Below are positions 10,484-22,408 of a stretch of 64,000 nt of DNA, piece after piece. Both the position numbers and the translations under genes were made by a program. Numbering within the stretch: the stretch's first letter is position 1; the number at the start of each line of letters is the position of its first letter. The notes beneath the pieces were generated by a model that was not told the DNA's origin, did no database searches, and saw nothing but the letters and a program-made list of their open reading frames with translations. This DNA comes from Fistulifera solaris (Eukaryota): the NCBI GenBank assembly GCA_030295235.1, contig AP026135.1, positions 930,001 through 994,000 on the forward strand, given 5' to 3'.

Positions 10484-13400
10484 ATGGATAACCCAAGCAA
10501 TCCTGTTCAACCAGAAGACAAACCGCTTGCGGCGGAGACCGCTTCAGAAAGCGCATTGCGGTCATCCTCTTCACCAGATCCTACCACTGGACGTCAGCCG
10601 CCTTCTCCGCATGGGTTTGGCGGGGCTTCGTGGCCTGCACCAGGTCAGGGTTTCTCCGCAACGCGCCGTTTACCGACACAGCTATCCAGTTCTGTCGCTG
10701 CTAGCGAATCGAAAGAATCGAGCCCAAACGAAAATGTCAAGTCGTTAGCACCGGATGGATTTCCTTACAAAACCGATGATTCTACTCCTTCGCCTCCAAG
10801 AGCGACAGCACCGTCCATGGGATTGAAACCAAGCCTCTATCCTTTGACAAATCCCAGAGACAATACTTCATCGCCCCCGACACCAAGAGCGACAGCGCCG
10901 CCCCAAGGAGTGATCATGCAACCAAGCTTTTATCCTTTGAGCGATACGAGACCGCCCAATACTTCTACGCCTCCGATAGCGGCTGCACAGCCTTCCGTCC
11001 AGCCAAGCTTTTATCCTTCGGTGGCTGCCACAGACAATAATCCTTCGCCCCCAACAGCGTCTAACGTGTATCATTCGGCACAACCGGAATCTCCTTATTC
11101 CAGGTATCAGCGTCAACAACAACTTCCGCCGCAGCGCCCTCTCGATCAACATCAACCATTTCGTGAGTTGAGAGTCGAAGATGCACTCATTTATTTGGAT
11201 GATGTCAAGCGCGAATTCAAACAGCAACCTGCTATCTACAATGAGTTTCTTAGCATCATGAAGAACTTCAAAACTCAAGAAGTGGATACCCCTGGAGTGA
11301 TTGAGCGGGTTAGCAAGTTGTTTCGAGGCTACAACAAGCTGATTCTCGGCTTTAACACCTTTCTTCCGGAAGGCTATAAAATCAGCTTGGAGGATTTGCA
11401 GAAGAAAGAAGCCGAAGAACAAGCGTTGGAAGCTGCCGAAGCTGCCTCCAAGACTAACGAAGCTCCTCCGTCAGCACCAGGGCCCCCTGCCGCGAAACCA
11501 GCGCCGGTCCGTAAGATGGCAGCTCTGCCCACGGTTCAAGCTAAAGCCAAGTCACCGCCCAAACCGATGAAAACAGCACAAGTAGCAGCACCGGCACGAT
11601 CCAGTCCTACTCAGTTGAAGGCCAAATCTCCCGTTGCGCAACAACCTGCACAGCCGCAGCAGCATCAAGCGGTTGAATTCGATCACGCCATCTCTTACGT
11701 TACAAAGATCAAGCGCCGCTTTGCAAATGATCCCAGTATCTATCACCAGTTTCTGCAGATCTTGCACAACTATCAGCGTGAGCAACGCGGTATAAAAGAA
11801 GTACTCGAGCAGGTCGCTCATCTATTTCAGGATCATCCCGATCTGTTGAAAGAATTCACCTTTTTTCTACCAGATGCTGTACAAGAACAAGCGAAAGAAC
11901 GTCTCCACCGGGCTGCCGCTGAGTCGGAACACAGGAAACGCCAGGCGGAAGAGATTCAAGAAAGGGAAATTCAGCGAAAGAGTAACAGCACCGATCCTTC
12001 ACCAAGGCTAATCGACATGACCAGGGCACAGCAAGAAGAAGCATCACGCAAGCGTTCTTTGGAAGACCCCGAGTCGCATGTCTATAATTCAGCGGTGGAG
12101 CGTCAGTTTTTCGATGCGACAAAGGAAGCCTTGACTGCGTACACCCGAGACGGTGGTCAGGCGTGGGCTGAATTTTTGAAGTGCTTGGATATGTACGCTC
12201 AAGATATTTTGTCTCGTCAGGAAATGCTGAATTTCGTCGAACCGCTTCTTGGGAAGCGCCATACCAAACTATTTGAAGAGTTCAAGCGCATTTTGGCATC
12301 TGCTGGTCAACCCCGTCCAACGGAAGAGTCCTGGTATTCTGTTCCGCTCGCTGAGATCGACTTTAGTCGGTGCCGACGCTGCAGTCCTTCCTATCGAGCT
12401 CTGCCACGAGATTACCCATCACACCCGTGCAGTGATCGTAGCCCGGAAGAAGCCAAGGTTTTGAATGACGTGTGGGTCTCACTCCCCGTTGGTAGCGAAG
12501 AGAGCTACACCTTCCGTCACATGCGTCGCAACACATACGAGGAGACTTTGTTTAGAGTTGAAGATGAACGATTCGAGATTGACATGGTCCTTGATAGTAA
12601 TGCAGCAACATTGCAGCGACTGCTCCCTATTGCGGAAGAGATTGCTATTCTAGCAAAGGAAGATACGCTTCCCTTGGACATCATGGCGAGTTCGTCGGAT
12701 GCTGCCGGACTTGGGGCCAAACGCTATCAGTATTGCTTTGATAGCAAAACTTTGGGCGTCATTCACCGCAATACAATTTCTCGAATTTATGGTGATTCGG
12801 GTGCCGAAATGTTGGAGTTGATGGTCAAGAATCCGACAGTCGCTATTCCTCTGGTAGTCCAGCGCTTGCAGCAGAAGGACAGGGAGTGGCGAGCCGTGCG
12901 CGAGCGTCTCAACCGCCATTGGAAGGAACTTGCAGAATTGAACTACTACAAGAGTTTAGACCACCGTGGATTGACATGGCGGAATATTGATAAGCGAGCA
13001 ACCAGTACGCGCATCATGATTTCTGAGATCAAGGATCGAGCCGCAAACGGTGGCGCCGAAGGAAGCGAAGCTCTGAAACAGAAACTTGAGAAGGCCAAAG
13101 AGGAGCATGGAACCTTTTATGAAGTAACAATGGGAAATACCATAGCGAATAATCCCGATTTGACGTTCTTGCCCAAACCAGATCGTCGTATCTTCACGCC
13201 TCACATGAGCTTGCTCTACGAGAACAACTCGTGGGTGCAAAGGGACGCATTTCGTATTCTTGCCTTCGCGCTGGAGCGAGGTTCGACTTCTCCCGCAGAT
13301 AAAGAAAGGTGTCACCGCTTATGGGTTGAATTTTTGGGTCCCTGGTTTGGGCTTTCCTTAAATTGGATGCAACAACCGGCGGTAGCATACCAGGAATCGA

Positions 13401-14380
13401 CAGCTGCGTCCCAGACCAAGGTCTCTATCGCAAGTTCTGCGCCCTTGGTTAGCGAAGACGATGAAAGTATGATCAACAATGCAGAAGCGACGGAGACGTC
13501 GGCCGTCGATAATGTAAACGGAGATGACGTTGATACTGATCATCATTCACTACCACCCGACACTATTGTATCAACTATTTATGGTGATGGCACGATCCTT
13601 GAATTTCGGCAGGCGGAGCGAATCTATGTCGTTCAATTGCTGTCATGTGGAGCCAAAGGATATCTTCGGCCGACTTCTATCCTCTGCAGTCTCCTCCCTG
13701 TGGAGAAGTCAGGATATACGCAGAAGCTTCGTGAAAGCGATCGTACTCGGCTTGCCAGACCCGGTGATCAGCTTGCATTCGGTACACAGAGTCTGTATTT
13801 ATTCTTCAGGCTACACTTGATTCTTGTACAGCGGCTGAACACAGCCAAGCGACTCGCGTACTCTGTGGATAACGACAGCTCTCTGATTACACTGATCGAA
13901 CAGGTGCCAACGGGTAACAGCAAAGCGACAGGCCGCTCTCGTTATGAAGCGTACCTGTCCTTGCTCTACGCTTCGTTGGATGGAGGCGTAGGAACTTCCG
14001 CTGAAGGAGGCAAATATGAAGATCGCGTGCGAAGCTTGCTGGGACACGGCGCGTATGAACTGGCGACTCTTGATAAACTCATCTCGTACATTTGGAAAAA
14101 CTTGCAAAGTCTTGCAGGGGATGAAACGATGTGGAATTTGATTCAACTGTATCGTCGTCATCAGGAGACTGGCACTTTCCATCCGGAAGCATTTCGCCAG
14201 GAAGCTGCCTTCTTATCAGACGGTGAAGTGATGTATGCATTTCAGCACTGCCCCCTCAGTGGTAAGGATGAATCAGTACTTTACGTTGAGCTAGTAGGTG
14301 TGATGGACGAGGAAGACGAGTCGATGGAAGAGTTCGACGAAGCTCCCGTCGAGCCGAACCAAAAGCGTCAAAAAAGGTAA
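10484..14380 (+). CDS. SIN3: Paired amphipathic helix co-repressor Sin3
   Basis: PAH1 (LRVEDALIYLDDVK..F), PAH2 (VEFDHAISYVTKIKRRF), PAH3, HDAC-interaction domain (CSPSYRALP...LNDVWVS...YEETLFRVEDERFEID) and C-terminal domain (YEDRVRSLLG..AY...TLDKLI). Confidence 0.97.
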   Translation: MDNPSNPVQPEDKPLAAETASESALRSSSSPDPTTGRQPPSPHGFGGASWPAPGQGFSATRRLPTQLSSSVAASESKESSPNENVKSLAPDGFPYKTDDSTPSPPRATAPSMGLKPSLYPLTNPRDNTSSPPTPRATAPPQGVIMQPSFYPLSDTRPPNTSTPPIAAAQPSVQPSFYPSVAATDNNPSPPTASNVYHSAQPESPYSRYQRQQQLPPQRPLDQHQPFRELRVEDALIYLDDVKREFKQQPAIYNEFLSIMKNFKTQEVDTPGVIERVSKLFRGYNKLILGFNTFLPEGYKISLEDLQKKEAEEQALEAAEAASKTNEAPPSAPGPPAAKPAPVRKMAALPTVQAKAKSPPKPMKTAQVAAPARSSPTQLKAKSPVAQQPAQPQQHQAVEFDHAISYVTKIKRRFANDPSIYHQFLQILHNYQREQRGIKEVLEQVAHLFQDHPDLLKEFTFFLPDAVQEQAKERLHRAAAESEHRKRQAEEIQEREIQRKSNSTDPSPRLIDMTRAQQEEASRKRSLEDPESHVYNSAVERQFFDATKEALTAYTRDGGQAWAEFLKCLDMYAQDILSRQEMLNFVEPLLGKRHTKLFEEFKRILASAGQPRPTEESWYSVPLAEIDFSRCRRCSPSYRALPRDYPSHPCSDRSPEEAKVLNDVWVSLPVGSEESYTFRHMRRNTYEETLFRVEDERFEIDMVLDSNAATLQRLLPIAEEIAILAKEDTLPLDIMASSSDAAGLGAKRYQYCFDSKTLGVIHRNTISRIYGDSGAEMLELMVKNPTVAIPLVVQRLQQKDREWRAVRERLNRHWKELAELNYYKSLDHRGLTWRNIDKRATSTRIMISEIKDRAANGGAEGSEALKQKLEKAKEEHGTFYEVTMGNTIANNPDLTFLPKPDRRIFTPHMSLLYENNSWVQRDAFRILAFALERGSTSPADKERCHRLWVEFLGPWFGLSLNWMQQPAVAYQESTAASQTKVSIASSAPLVSEDDESMINNAEATETSAVDNVNGDDVDTDHHSLPPDTIVSTIYGDGTILEFRQAERIYVVQLLSCGAKGYLRPTSILCSLLPVEKSGYTQKLRESDRTRLARPGDQLAFGTQSLYLFFRLHLILVQRLNTAKRLAYSVDNDSSLITLIEQVPTGNSKATGRSRYEAYLSLLYASLDGGVGTSAEGGKYEDRVRSLLGHGAYELATLDKLISYIWKNLQSLAGDETMWNLIQLYRRHQETGTFHPEAFRQEAAFLSDGEVMYAFQHCPLSGKDESVLYVELVGVMDEEDESMEEFDEAPVEPNQKRQKR

Positions 14381-14675
14381 ACATGGCCTCCACGATAATC
14401 TACTTTTTATAAAATCATTACAAAAGAAACGGAGTATTGAATATCCAAACAGTTTGTACTACTTTTAGACTGTAAGACGCCTCAATCAAGGTTTTGTACC
14501 GACAAGAATGGTCTCCATAGTTGAATTGTAATTGAGACCGGTGCGCTTGTATCGCACCAAGCACGATGGTTCGAGTCAGTCGTATAGGCAAGGCAAACAC
14601 TTAAATTAATTTTATGAGACATCTTCAAAATCTGTACAGGGATTTGCACTAAGAATTGACAGGAGAACAATCCAC

Positions 14676-15149
14676 TCATTCAGTGAGTCGGGTCATCATA
14701 ATTTTCAAAGGACGCAAAACCGGAGGAGCCACTCGAACGAATGGACGATCTGTTCTTGCATCATATCCTGCCTCCAAGAACTTTGTACGGAACCGTTGAA
14801 GTGTTTCAAGCACACTGTTTGGTAGTGCCATGAGAAGCCTCCCGGTACTGTCTAGAGTGAAAGGAATGATTTCATCAATGCTCATCATCCCACTTATTTT
14901 CAGATGCGCTGTAGTCTCCGAAAGAACACTGATTTGAAACGTTTGCTCGCCTAGGAGAGGAAAACTCATCGTCTGTTGATATGTAGCACCAGGAAGCAGG
15001 GCCCCTCTTGGTATAGGTCTCGTTTCGGCAAGCGGCTGAACGAATGCGGCCGTCATTGAGTGCCTTGGTCGCACAATGGTGCTGCCTTGAACACGAGGGA
15101 CATTAGCAGCCAGTAGCAGTAACAGAACGATCAAACTATTGAGGCTCAT
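14676..15149 (-). CDS. Hypothetical secreted or plastid-targeted protein
   Basis: ATG 15149 opens a signal peptide (MSLNSLIVLLLLLAANVPRVQG) followed by a globular beta-rich region. Start uncertain. Confidence 0.6.
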   Translation of the reverse strand: MSLNSLIVLLLLLAANVPRVQGSTIVRPRHSMTAAFVQPLAETRPIPRGALLPGATYQQTMSFPLLGEQTFQISVLSETTAHLKISGMMSIDEIIPFTLDSTGRLLMALPNSVLETLQRFRTKFLEAGYDARTDRPFVRVAPPVLRPLKIMMTRLTE

Positions 15150-15732
15150 TGGATAGCACTGCTTCTTGGTCTTTGGCTGCATTTGTGTATGAGAGCCAAT
15201 GTCTTTGATTCGTTGCTGCATTCTCCTTGTTGTCGATGTTCCTTGAAGCTCCGTGGTTGAGAAGCAATTGTGGGTGATGACGATGATGGCGTCAGTTTCA
15301 CAGTGTGAGAAAGAAGTTTTACGTCCGACGTGGTTTTCTGTCACAAAGGGCTGCTGTACAATCATGTATCTCTTTGTCTCAATTCTTAATCTACATCTTA
15401 ACATATAGTGAGTGGAATGGTTTCGATCAATTTCTATTACTTAGAATCTACCTTTTAAATGCAAACCAATAGTCGTGTTTGTTGAAAACACTATATGTAT
15501 GAGATGTAAGTTGTATGTGAAAATGACTGTACCAACTATTGCGCGCCAATTCTCAACGTTCAACGGCTATCGTGTAAAAGTACCATTTAAGCGATTATGT
15601 TGACTCATTAATGCGCAACAAACAGCAAAGAATTTGGAAGGGGAAAGAATTGCGGCGAAGTGAGAAAGCTTTGCGCTTCGGTCGTTTGTCGTAACTCATA
15701 ACAAGCTAGGCGACAAAAAATCTATCTAGAAA

Positions 15733-15800
15733 TTTTTTAAATGTAATTTAACTATCCTAATTTATTTCCTAAAGTCAGAATGCAATTTTGACATTCGGGC
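15733..15800 (-). mobile_element. Extremely 5'-truncated 3' end of the CRE-like non-LTR family
   Basis: 15764-15798 is identical to 60777-60811 (35 bp) and similar to 195-235; short T-run at 15733. Confidence 0.65.
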
Positions 15801-16411
15801 TTCGCTAAAATTCTTTGTTGATATTAACAGCCAGGAACAAAGCGGAAGGCCGTTTTACGTTGATGGAATTTTTGCTCTTTTAAAACTGTGGCAGCCACGG
15901 CTCCGACTTCTTGGCCAAGTTCTAACTTACCGAGTCTTTAGTTGGTGCATATTGACCTCTCTAGCCAATTTGCTACGGAGTAGTTTTTCATAAATTCATG
16001 TGTTTTGTAAGCAATGATGTTTTGGTCTAAAAAGTATTACTTCCGGAGTATTTGTTTTTGAAAACTGTAAGATTTTGTTAGCATAGCATGACTTCCGACT
16101 TCGTCGTGGGCAAGCTTTGACTTGTAAGTGCAAGCAATAACCACTCTTGCCACGCTGTTTGCATAGAAGTCATTCACGATGTTTTGAATCCATTTGATGG
16201 AAGATACTTGGCATCGAAGTGACTTCAAGCCTAGATTTAGTAGAGCATCGTGGTGAAAGCCAGTCCCAGCCTTTTGTGAGTCGTGAGATGCGCGTCATGT
16301 AGGTATTAATACTTGTAAATAAACGAACCGCTTATACAAAGAGGGAAAAGAATTCAATCCTTGGCAGCATAATAAAAAGCGACATTGTTATTATAAAATA
16401 ACATTTTGTCG

Positions 16412-18219
16412 ATGGGTCGTAATATTCATAGACGTGGCGTGTTACGCCCGGTCGTCTTCCTGCTTGCTTTTTCAATAGGCCGTCTGATATTTAAAATTCG
16501 AATAGCGAACGCAATAGATGGTGAACCGCTCGGAAGTGCTTTCACAATACCAGTTCAATTGCCGTCAACTGGGGACAGTACGAAAACCAATCAACACGGC
16601 TATACAAGGGACGAGAAAGATGCTATACGAGACAACGATACAGCAACTAGTCCTCAAAAAAACAGGGAACAAACAGAGACGACTGATAATAGCGATCAAC
16701 GAATGGAATTTCTCGAATGGAGTAAAAATGTAATGGGTGTTGAAACAATACTGGAAATCCAGACTTTCGACTATTACGATTACACACGGGAACTTGCTTC
16801 AAGAAATCTTTTGAACGATTGGGACAATGATGACGATATTACCATTCTTTTTGAGGACGAGGTCACTTTTCCCCTACTTTCTGTTCGTGGGCTAGCAGCT
16901 TCTAGGGACATTTCTGTGGGGGAAGTCGTCATCGAAATTCCTTTTCTCAGCCTGCTGAGCATACCAACAACAATCGATCGAGATCCGATGCTATCAGAGA
17001 TCATGGGGCCGTCTGCCAGAGAGAAGCATGGATGGGCCATTTCTTCCGCTGGGAGCGGTGCACAACTCATGGAAGACCCAGAAATCTTTTCGCTTCACGA
17101 GCTTGCACTTCTGGCAGTAGCGCTGCTCTATCACAAAAGTTTGGGGAATGGGTCGCCTCTGGAAAAGTATGTTGAAGTGCTAAAGGCCACTCCACTTGAC
17201 TCTTTGCCCTTTCTCTGGTCGCGTGATAAAATGCAACATTCCTCTCTATTTCTCCATGAAGAAATCCGTAGCGTTGCAAGTGGACTACGACGGGATATCC
17301 GTGACATGTACAAATCCGTCGTTTCAGTGTTGATCAAGGAGCATTCCGAAGTATTCACTAAAGAATTGCTTTCGTTTTCTGAATTCGAATGGGCTTTTGC
17401 TATCGTTAATTCGAGACACTGGCAGCTGCAAATAGATGACCTGAGGCCGGAACACGCTAATACTCATCACAAACCCGTCCGATCGCACGCGTTTATCGAG
17501 GACCAATCACCGCCGGCGGAAATGCCAACTGACGCATGGGTTCTTGAACATGAGGAGATTGATGAAGACGATAGTTTAGATGACATTCCGATTGATCTGG
17601 AAGAGAATGAGTATCACGCGTCGAAAGCATTCAAGGCGGCTTCAACGAAACATTCTTTTCTAGCGCCAGTGGCCGACTTGCTGAATTTCGGACCTCCTTG
17701 CACGAGAGGACATTACAATGCAGAGACAAAAACGTTTCAAATCATTTCGACGTGCCCCTTTCGGAAAGGACAGGAAGTTACCTTCTGGTATAGTGACAAG
17801 TGTGACCATGTAATGATCGGCATGTATGGCTTTACTCATCCGGTAAGTATAAGTTTCGCTAAATGGCGTTGTAAGTGGTCAAGATGTAGACTAACTTCTT
17901 TTGAAACACATAGATGATTCCACCTTGCCCTTCAATAGGGGAATATAGGTCCCAACTCGACGAAACAAGACGGACGATTGATGTGTTCGAAGATGTACTT
18001 GACGATCTTTACACTGAATTGGAAGCGACAAATTCCGCTCTCGACAAAGCCGAGGAAACTTTAGAAGGATGTGGAGATTGTTGCGACTACGTGATTACCC
18101 CGAGGTCGAAACAACCAGTCTCCTCTGGGAGTGTCAGAGGGTCGCATCCCCACGACGAATCGATCATAGAGCGGCGAAGAATTCGGATGCACAGAGACGC
18201 GAGAGATTCCGAATTTTAA
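16412..18219 (+). CDS. SET-domain lysine methyltransferase (SETD3/RBCMT-like), 2 exons
   Basis: RGLAASRDISVGEVVIEIP, FEWAFAIVNSR, LAPVADLLNF, GQEVTFWY, YGF. Intron 17843-17913 (GTAAGT..CTAAC..TAG). N-terminal hydrophobic segment. Confidence 0.85.
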
Positions 18220-18352
18220 GTACTTCGAAAAGTCAAAATTCAAAATCAAGTGGATGTAGCGTATCTAAGCATGTTAGATGATATCTATTGTAGAAGTACG
18301 TTTCGTCCCTCTAATCACATCACAAACTTTCTTTCTTCGGAATTAAGTTTTA

Positions 18353-18677
18353 TTATTCCTTCGTTAATTGAAAGATCTTGGGCGCTACGCACTTATCTTG
18401 GCAAGCCAAAACATCGAAAAACCAACCCTCGCAGTCGCCCTGTTTGGTTTCCGTGATACGCTTCACGCAGTCATCATAAAGTTGCTGCACTTTGGGGCAC
18501 TGCTTCGCGCATTCCTGTCGAATCGCCTTGATATCAACACTTTCCGACTGCAAGACAAAGATGAATAGTAAAAAGAACCAATTATTAGAGTTGTTGAGGG
18601 GTCGGCAGTCTGCATCAGAAAGGCAGTAAATTTGATCGGCTTTGAATGTGCACGCTTCGCTTTCAGAGACATACCAT
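18353..18677 (-). CDS. QCR6: Cytochrome b-c1 complex subunit 6 (hinge protein), ATG-only first coding exon
   Basis: IRQECAKQC...YDDCVKRI...GDCEGWFFDVLACQDKCVAPKIF; ATG|GTATGT intron 18548-18674 ending TTGCAG. Confidence 0.88.
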
Positions 18678-19424
18678 TCTGAAATTACTCTACAGGAATA
18701 ATAAATCAAAGATGTCTGTCAAGAAAAGAAGGAAAAGATTGTTGGACAACGCCAAAAACAACTTTAAAGGGCAGACCAAACGACCAAACTTGTTGCGCAA
18801 GGCCACCAAGTGACGAAAGCGAAGGACAGCGGACAGCGCGATGGGGGTGGGACCGTCGAACGGGCGGGTTTTTCCTACGCAAGCATTGACGTCATCAAGG
18901 TCGAGAAGTAGTTTGTGACCCGAGTCGCATCGTAACTTGTATCACTGGCAGTTTCGCTACGACCGCGAAAGGCGCAACGCGGAAAGCGCCAGCCGATCTA
19001 TTTCCGATTTCCATTTAAGGAAAGTTCCTGTCCATTAGTAATGAAAAGTAGACACGGCATCCTAACGCTCTCCAAAAGCTTAAGTATTTATGTTTTTCTT
19101 GTTTCAATAACCAAATCATAAGGAGCAGTACATTTTACTACAGTATGAAAACGTCTGGCCGGTTAAAGCCCGCAAGACTCAAGCACACCTCGCTTGGTCA
19201 TGATGGAGAGGCTCGCGGCATGACGTTCGCTGCATGGAGAGATCGAACACACGGCGACGGCGCACGGCATCCAAAATCCCTCAACGACTCCCTTGTGCCT
19301 TCGAAGTTGATTGTTGTTTTGATGTTCACAAATACTTGCGGTTGAACTATCATCCAATTGCAACGTTAGATATCACGCTTCGTGAAACGAGTAGAGATTA
19401 TATTAGCGCAATCGACGGTACCGT

Positions 19425-22275
19425 ATGAGAGATTACAATAAAATTCAATTTCGAAGCCCATCAAGTCGCATACCGACTGGAGGTAAAGCTGTCACCAGCA
19501 CCACTTCTGCCACTCCGAGCCCGAGTAAAATTCCTGCGTTCCGGAGTAGCGCGTCAGCTGAGAAGAAACGACTAATAAGCAAGTCTGCTGATCAAGCAAA
19601 TCCCAAAATGATAACGAAACGCCGCGAGAACCTTCGAACGGATTCTATCGGAGCGTGGGCTCGGCGCATTCGAATACAGGGTCCACCAGCACCGTGACAA
19701 CGGCGGCTACAACCACAGCAAGTCCTGGTACGCGTTCTCCATCGCCGCCGCCAGAAAATGGTTATCTTAGTTCCTATTTGCCGGACACAATTCACGAAGA
19801 ACGGGACATGAACGACTCGGCTAATAACAGGGAAGGCGGGTCGACAAGTTCTTCATCGACGAAAATTCTGGCCAGCAATCGCGAATCGCCAGAGGCCACT
19901 ATCTCTCGCTTAAGGAAAACCATAGAGGAACTTTCCGTGAAAGAAAACTCGTCAAAGGAAGCTCTCGCGAAGTCGGATGCAGTCATCTTAGAGTTGCGAA
20001 GCAGTGTTCGGCAATTGAAGCGACAGGTGGAAAAAACAAATGGAGATGCGATGTCGCAAGGATCCGACCTAGGACACCAACGAGGCATGATTGCTGATTT
20101 TCAGGTTGAATTGGATAAGGCGCACGCTAAACTTCTGACTGCGGATATGGTCCGCAAGGAACTGGAAGACACGCTAGAAGCGGAGCAGTATACTTGGGAA
20201 CTCAGAGTACAGGACCAAGAGCGAACCATTCAACAATTGCAACAAGAATGTTCAGTACTTATGGAAGACCTTGAGCAGACCCGAGCACAATGGAAAGAAG
20301 CCGAAGAGGGCTGGTCAAAAGAAGTTCAGGAGCTTCAAAGCAGACTAGAAAATATGCAGATGGAACTTGCTTCCAGACAACCAAGCGCACGAAGTAACGG
20401 CACTGCTCATGAAACTGAAATAGCAAAACTCAATGATAGAATCGCAATGATGGAGGCTGAGAGAAACGATCTGCAAGGGTGCTTAGACGAAGCTTTGAAA
20501 GAGTTGGAGGCAGTTGATGCTGAGTTACAGGGTGAAGGAGGAGTTTCGCAGCTGCGTCACGAAAATGATATGTTACAGGAAGAGCTGCGGAAACTCATGG
20601 AAGGCCAGATTGGCCCTATTATCGAGCCACTGCAACACATGCATAGGTGGCTCCTCGAGCGCGACGAAGTTGAACAGGCGACTCATCACAGCAATCCGAA
20701 GGATGCACAGCAACTCGTACAAGCCATTCAGACTCATCTAGAGCAGCATTACTCATCGAATACCGGTCGAAATGGACAGGATCTGGATGAGACGAAGAAA
20801 CAGGTTGCAGCCTTGGAGTCTGAGCTTTCTGTATATCGCGGAGACTTGAAAGCCCGAGAAGAAAGTAGTGCGGAGCTTAGAGCGAGCTTGAAGGAAGCTG
20901 TTTCTTTGCTTAAACCCTTGCAGGACGCTGTGGCGAAGGCTGAACAAGAGAAGGCGAGGATGCAGGAGAAAGTTGATCTCTTCAAAGATGATTCGCAACA
21001 AAGCAAAGAACAAGCCGTTAAGCTTAAGAAGCTACTCAACGAAAAAGAAGATGAGATCGTTAGGCTACACGAACAGCTGGAGTCACTTGAACTACAGCTC
21101 TCTCGAACCAAAGTCGCGATTGCCTCGCAATTCGCTTCACCACGTGGTGCTCTTGAGACTTCTCCAAACGACTCTCAAGGTCGGTCTCGCGAAGAGCTTC
21201 GAGCGAAGCGAGAGGAGCTTTGAAAGACACCAAAAGTCGTTTTTCTAGCCTACAAAAGCATCAAGTAGAAAGTGGTATGAAGTTGATGCCCTCAGGGTCG
21301 AACAACGAGGAATTGCACGATGAGGTACAATCGAAGAAGGCCCAAATTGTTGAGTTAGACAGTGAATGTAAAACTTTACGGGAGGAACTTGCACGGAAAG
21401 ACGAAAAGATAGTTACTTTAGAGAAAGAAAAGTCGCAAGCACTTGACGAGTCGCAAGCAGTAAACCAAGCCATTGAGCAAGCCGAAAAACATCGACACGA
21501 TCTTCAAAACAAGCTTGCCGTGACACAAGAGCAGCTGCATGTCAAGAAGGAAGTCGAAAAGGCACTCAATAGAAGTCTCAAGGAAGCACTCAAGTTATTG
21601 AAGCCGTTGCAGATGCATCTGGAAGAAGCCGAAGCGGAAAAACGGGAGCTGGCCAAGGAGATGCGCTTAATGCGGCAACGATTCGGCGATGTGGGCTCTC
21701 TCAGATCGCCTGGATCATCTAGCGCGTCGAACGCGTTTCAGGATTCTGGAAAAGTACGAGAACTGCAGGAAACAGTGAAGTTCCTTGAGCTAGAAAATTT
21801 ACAACTACATGATGCTCTGGAAGATATGTCCCAAATGAATGGGTCTCAGGTTAGTGGTGTGTCCGGAGCTCACCGTGGTGTCAATCTAGCTAGTCAGCAG
21901 AAGAGAGACCAAAGGTTACACGAACAATTTGTGGAAATGAAAAGCCGCTACGATGTTACGAAAGGCCAGCTTGACAACGTTATGGCTGAGAATCATGCTT
22001 TGATCGAGACCTTAAAGAAACGAGACAGAGGAGAACATGCTCTGAAGGAGGAAATTCAACAATTGAGAGATGAACTAAGAAAGACTGGGTATGAGTTGGA
22101 AAATGCGAAGTTCATAGCGTCGTCGGCACTCGTGAAAGTTGACGAGCTAACGAAGGGCAGCTCTGGGCAAACCAATCGCGATTATCTACTACGGATGAAA
22201 GCAAGGGAAGTTGAACTGGAAATGTCGAAAGCACATAAGCAACGGCTCTCATCGCATTACAGCGGCTCAGTCTAA
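19425..22275 (+). CDS. Long coiled-coil protein (frameshifts near 19650 and 21205)
   Basis: Three overlapping ORFs join by restoring one A at GGA(A)GC twice; E/K/Q/L heptads; internal repeat SLKEA..LLKPLQ. Confidence 0.75.
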
Positions 22276-22408
22276 AAGTGTTTTCATTGTGAAGAAACGG
22301 ATATGATATTGCTGCTTTCTCGGTTGGATTTATTTGTATCTATGGAGTGTTAACTAATTAATCATGCGCAATTCTAAGCACGAGTGAGGCCAACTCAGTA
22401 GTTAGCGA

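Noticed and set aside
19425..22275. Programmed ribosomal frameshifting
   Set aside because: No slippery heptamer or consistent shift direction across genes; restoring one A fixes each frame.
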